A DNA stretch of 39,663 bases, from the IMG/VR virus record IMGVR_UViG_3300032323_004022. One strand, written 5' to 3'. The translations under genes were made by a program, and so were the position numbers. This document shows, piece after piece, positions 37,270 to 39,663 of this stretch (positions are counted from its first letter, which is position 1; each line of letters starts with the position of its first letter). The stretch is from an uncultured virus (IMG/VR IMGVR_UViG_3300032323_004022) (lineage: Duplodnaviria; Heunggongvirae; Uroviricota; Caudoviricetes). The notes below the pieces were generated by a model, which had not been told where the DNA came from, searched no databases, and worked only from the letters and a program-made list of their open reading frames with translations.

Positions 37270-38013
37270 ATGGCACTTGACTTTCCTACATCACCCTCGA
37301 CAAACCAAATTTTTACTTCTAATGGTAAAACTTGGAAATATGACGGCAATGCGTGGAGAACTTTAAATGTTGCTGGAATTGCTAATGGTGGTACAGGCTT
37401 AACAGCTATAAATGCTGGTAATGCTTTCCTATCATCAAATTCTGCTGGTACTGCTTTAACTTATAGACAATTTTTAGCTGGGTCTGGTGTAACATTTTCA
37501 TTCAACGCAAACTCAGTTACTATAGAATCGGCAGGATCAGGCTTTGTAACAGGTACAGGTACGTCAGCTTATCTGCCTCTTTGGACTGATGGCGGAACTT
37601 CTCTTACAGATTCTATTATGCAACAAATTGGAGATATTGTTGTTGTAGCAGGATCCATAAAAGCTCAAACTAAAAGCTTCAAAATTCAACATCCATTAGA
37701 TCCAAATAAATATCTTGAACACGGATCTTTAGAAGGTCCTGAACACGGAATTTACCAAAGAGGAAGAGCTTCAGGAAAAGGAACTGTGCAAGTAGATTTG
37801 CCTGATTATTTTCAAGTACTTTCTGAAAATGATATTAGTGTTCATATAACATCAAGAATTCCAAATAATCTTTATGTTTCAGAAAGTAATTCAAAATTCT
37901 TCAAAGTAAAAAGGGTTAACAGTATTTTTTTACGTAATGAATATATTGAATTCGATTATTTTGTAATCGGAGAGAGAACTGATATTAAACTAATAATAGA
38001 GCAGCCACGATAA
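37270..38013 (+). CDS. short tail-fibre-like protein with C-terminal KSF.I.HP...LEGPE...RG domain
   Basis: N-terminus paralogous to 11721-14087; C-terminal KSFKIQHPLD...HGSLEGPEHGIYQRG...LPDYF motif of the type found at phage fibre C-termini. Confidence 0.75.
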   Translation: MALDFPTSPSTNQIFTSNGKTWKYDGNAWRTLNVAGIANGGTGLTAINAGNAFLSSNSAGTALTYRQFLAGSGVTFSFNANSVTIESAGSGFVTGTGTSAYLPLWTDGGTSLTDSIMQQIGDIVVVAGSIKAQTKSFKIQHPLDPNKYLEHGSLEGPEHGIYQRGRASGKGTVQVDLPDYFQVLSENDISVHITSRIPNNLYVSESNSKFFKVKRVNSIFLRNEYIEFDYFVIGERTDIKLIIEQPR

Positions 38014-38028
38014 TAGGGAGTTACCAAA

Positions 38029-39663
38029 ATGGGAGATCAAAATCCTCGAGACTTTGCGGAAAAAGTCATCCAATCATTAAAAAAATCTTCTAGAGCAGTT
38101 GATTTAAATGAAGTACCAGAGACAGAGCCGAAACAAGTAACAGTTACTCCAGCTGTTTCTGCTCAATCAAATGATGTTCAAGCTTTTTATTCACAACCAG
38201 AAGGCGGTGGACAGGGACCAGGATCTGGTGGTAATAAAGACATTGTAATCATCCCTGGTTACACTGGCACAGCTGCAACATCCACATCTCAAGTCAACTT
38301 TTACTGGAACGCTCCGACTACACCTGATTCTACTGGTATTGACAATAATGTAAGAGCTACAATTTACAATTATGCAATATCTACAACAAAGCCAGTTCTT
38401 GTTTTTGGCGGTTATGATGGAACAAACCAATATAAACCAACTCCATTATATGGCACTGGTACCGGTATCACTGCAAAAATTTGGTTAGATCCATTTCTTG
38501 GAAGAATTGATGTAGATTCTATTGGTTTAAACGCAACTGGTGTTGGCATAAGTACTGATAAAGGTATCTTGACTTATGATGGTACTCAAAACAAATTAAG
38601 AGTTGGTGTAGGAGCTGGTATTGCTAAAACAGTAGCATATACAGATGATGTCGCTTCTGCATCTGGAGCAGCTACAACTGCACAAAACATCCATATGCAA
38701 GTTGGTGCTAATGCCGCTTCCCACTCAGTTGCATTTTCATTGCAACCAACAGGTGCTGGTGTAGCTTTATCATCAGACGCAGAACTTACTTACAACCCAA
38801 ATACAAATACTCTTGTATACACTAATGCTACAGTTTCTGGAACAATCAACTCAACTACAATTCCTACCAGTAAAACACTTGTAGTTACAACAGACAAATT
38901 AAGTGTACACGCTGCTACTACTTCTTTAGAATTAGCCGGAGTTATTTCTGACGAAACAGGAAGTGGAGCATTAGTTTTTGCAACTAATCCAGTTCTTGTA
39001 ACTCCTACATTAGGAACTCCAACTTCAGGTACTCTTACTAATTGTACTATTCCAGTAGGTAATGTAACTGGTACAGGAACTGGAGTTACTGCATTCCTAA
39101 TTACTCCATCATCAGCAAATTTAGCATCTGCGCTTTCTGATAAGACTGGAACTGGAGTTAATGTATTTGCTACATCTCCAACTCTTGTAACTCCTGTCTT
39201 AGGAGTAGCTTCAGCTACAAGTATTAATAAAGTTGCTTTTACTGCTCCTGCTACTTCTGCAACTTTAGCATTAGCTGATGGTTCTACTCTAACAACTTCA
39301 GGTGCCAATAGCTTAACACTTACTACTACAGCTGCTTCTAATGTTACATTGCCAACAGCTGGAACCTTGACAACTCAAGGCAATAATCTTAGTGTATTTG
39401 CAGCTACTACTTCATTACAATTAGCCGGTGTGATTTCAGATGAAACAGGAAGTGGAGCATTAGTTTTTGCAACTTCTCCAACTCTTGTAACACCAGCATT
39501 AGGAACTCCGTCTTCAGGACTTCTTACTAACTGTAATATTCCAGTGGGAAATGTAACTGGTACAGGTGTTGGAGTTACTGCATTCCTAATTACTCCATCA
39601 TCAGCAAATTTAGCATCTGCGCTTTCTGATAAGACTGGAACTGGAGTTAATGTATTTGCTACA
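38029..39663 (+). CDS. 3'-truncated tail-fibre-like protein (at least 545 aa), not in the ORF track
   Basis: GGGAG SD, ATG 38029 (MGDQNPRDFAEK...), open to the window end; contains ATTAQNI...VALSSDAELTYNP (shared with 22537-28350) and repeated DETGSGALVFAT.P.LVTP.LGTP. Confidence 0.85.
   Translation, partial: MGDQNPRDFAEKVIQSLKKSSRAVDLNEVPETEPKQVTVTPAVSAQSNDVQAFYSQPEGGGQGPGSGGNKDIVIIPGYTGTAATSTSQVNFYWNAPTTPDSTGIDNNVRATIYNYAISTTKPVLVFGGYDGTNQYKPTPLYGTGTGITAKIWLDPFLGRIDVDSIGLNATGVGISTDKGILTYDGTQNKLRVGVGAGIAKTVAYTDDVASASGAATTAQNIHMQVGANAASHSVAFSLQPTGAGVALSSDAELTYNPNTNTLVYTNATVSGTINSTTIPTSKTLVVTTDKLSVHAATTSLELAGVISDETGSGALVFATNPVLVTPTLGTPTSGTLTNCTIPVGNVTGTGTGVTAFLITPSSANLASALSDKTGTGVNVFATSPTLVTPVLGVASATSINKVAFTAPATSATLALADGSTLTTSGANSLTLTTTAASNVTLPTAGTLTTQGNNLSVFAATTSLQLAGVISDETGSGALVFATSPTLVTPALGTPSSGLLTNCNIPVGNVTGTGVGVTAFLITPSSANLASALSDKTGTGVNVFAT
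38899..39663 (+). repeat. in-frame direct repeat with 489-bp offset; last 94 bp identical
   Basis: 38899-39174 vs 39388-39663; 39081-39174 equals 39570-39663. Confidence 0.85.

Noticed and set aside
12149..39308. Many antisense and alternate-frame ORFs inside fibre and lectin genes (e.g. 24261-24800, 26904-27320, 38790-39308, 14973-15383, 37013-37270)
   Set aside because: Shadow ORFs expected from Gly/Thr/Ser/Ala codon bias; nested in or overlapping well-supported genes and lacking independent motifs.
1..39663. Stop-codon reassignment (alternative genetic code) as in some large phages
   Set aside because: Coding density is high under the standard code, and TAA, TAG and TGA all end genes at sensible boundaries.

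Overview
AT-rich fragment of a large tailed dsDNA phage (jumbo/huge-phage-like; inferred from gene content, with no rRNA, tRNA, CRISPR, transposase or bacterial housekeeping operon; standard genetic code). The left 9.3 kb is a mixed-strand accessory/head region. It holds a truncated MuF-like Cys/His protein, a ClpX ATPase with remodelled pore loops, small proteins sharing a helical N-terminal leader, a degenerate macrodomain, a stand-alone PAS-like protein, two small zinc-binding proteins, a membrane-anchored SLT lytic transglycosylase and a bidirectional terminator. The right 30 kb is one + strand adsorption-apparatus locus. Four mosaic Gly/Ser/Thr-rich fibre genes (696, 788, 2815 and about 1937 aa) are built from a shared set of modules. 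They are followed by a tandem array of 12 translationally coupled LamG/concanavalin-A-like lectin genes (13 domains) with conserved ends and variable cores, then two more fibre genes. The last one (38029 to window end) is absent from the supplied ORF track. The best candidate for an under-described system is the lectin cassette array: gene-junction sequences appear to assort independently of the cores, and the conserved C-terminal codons double as the next gene's ribosome-binding site. All family assignments come from motif recognition by eye; no searches were run.
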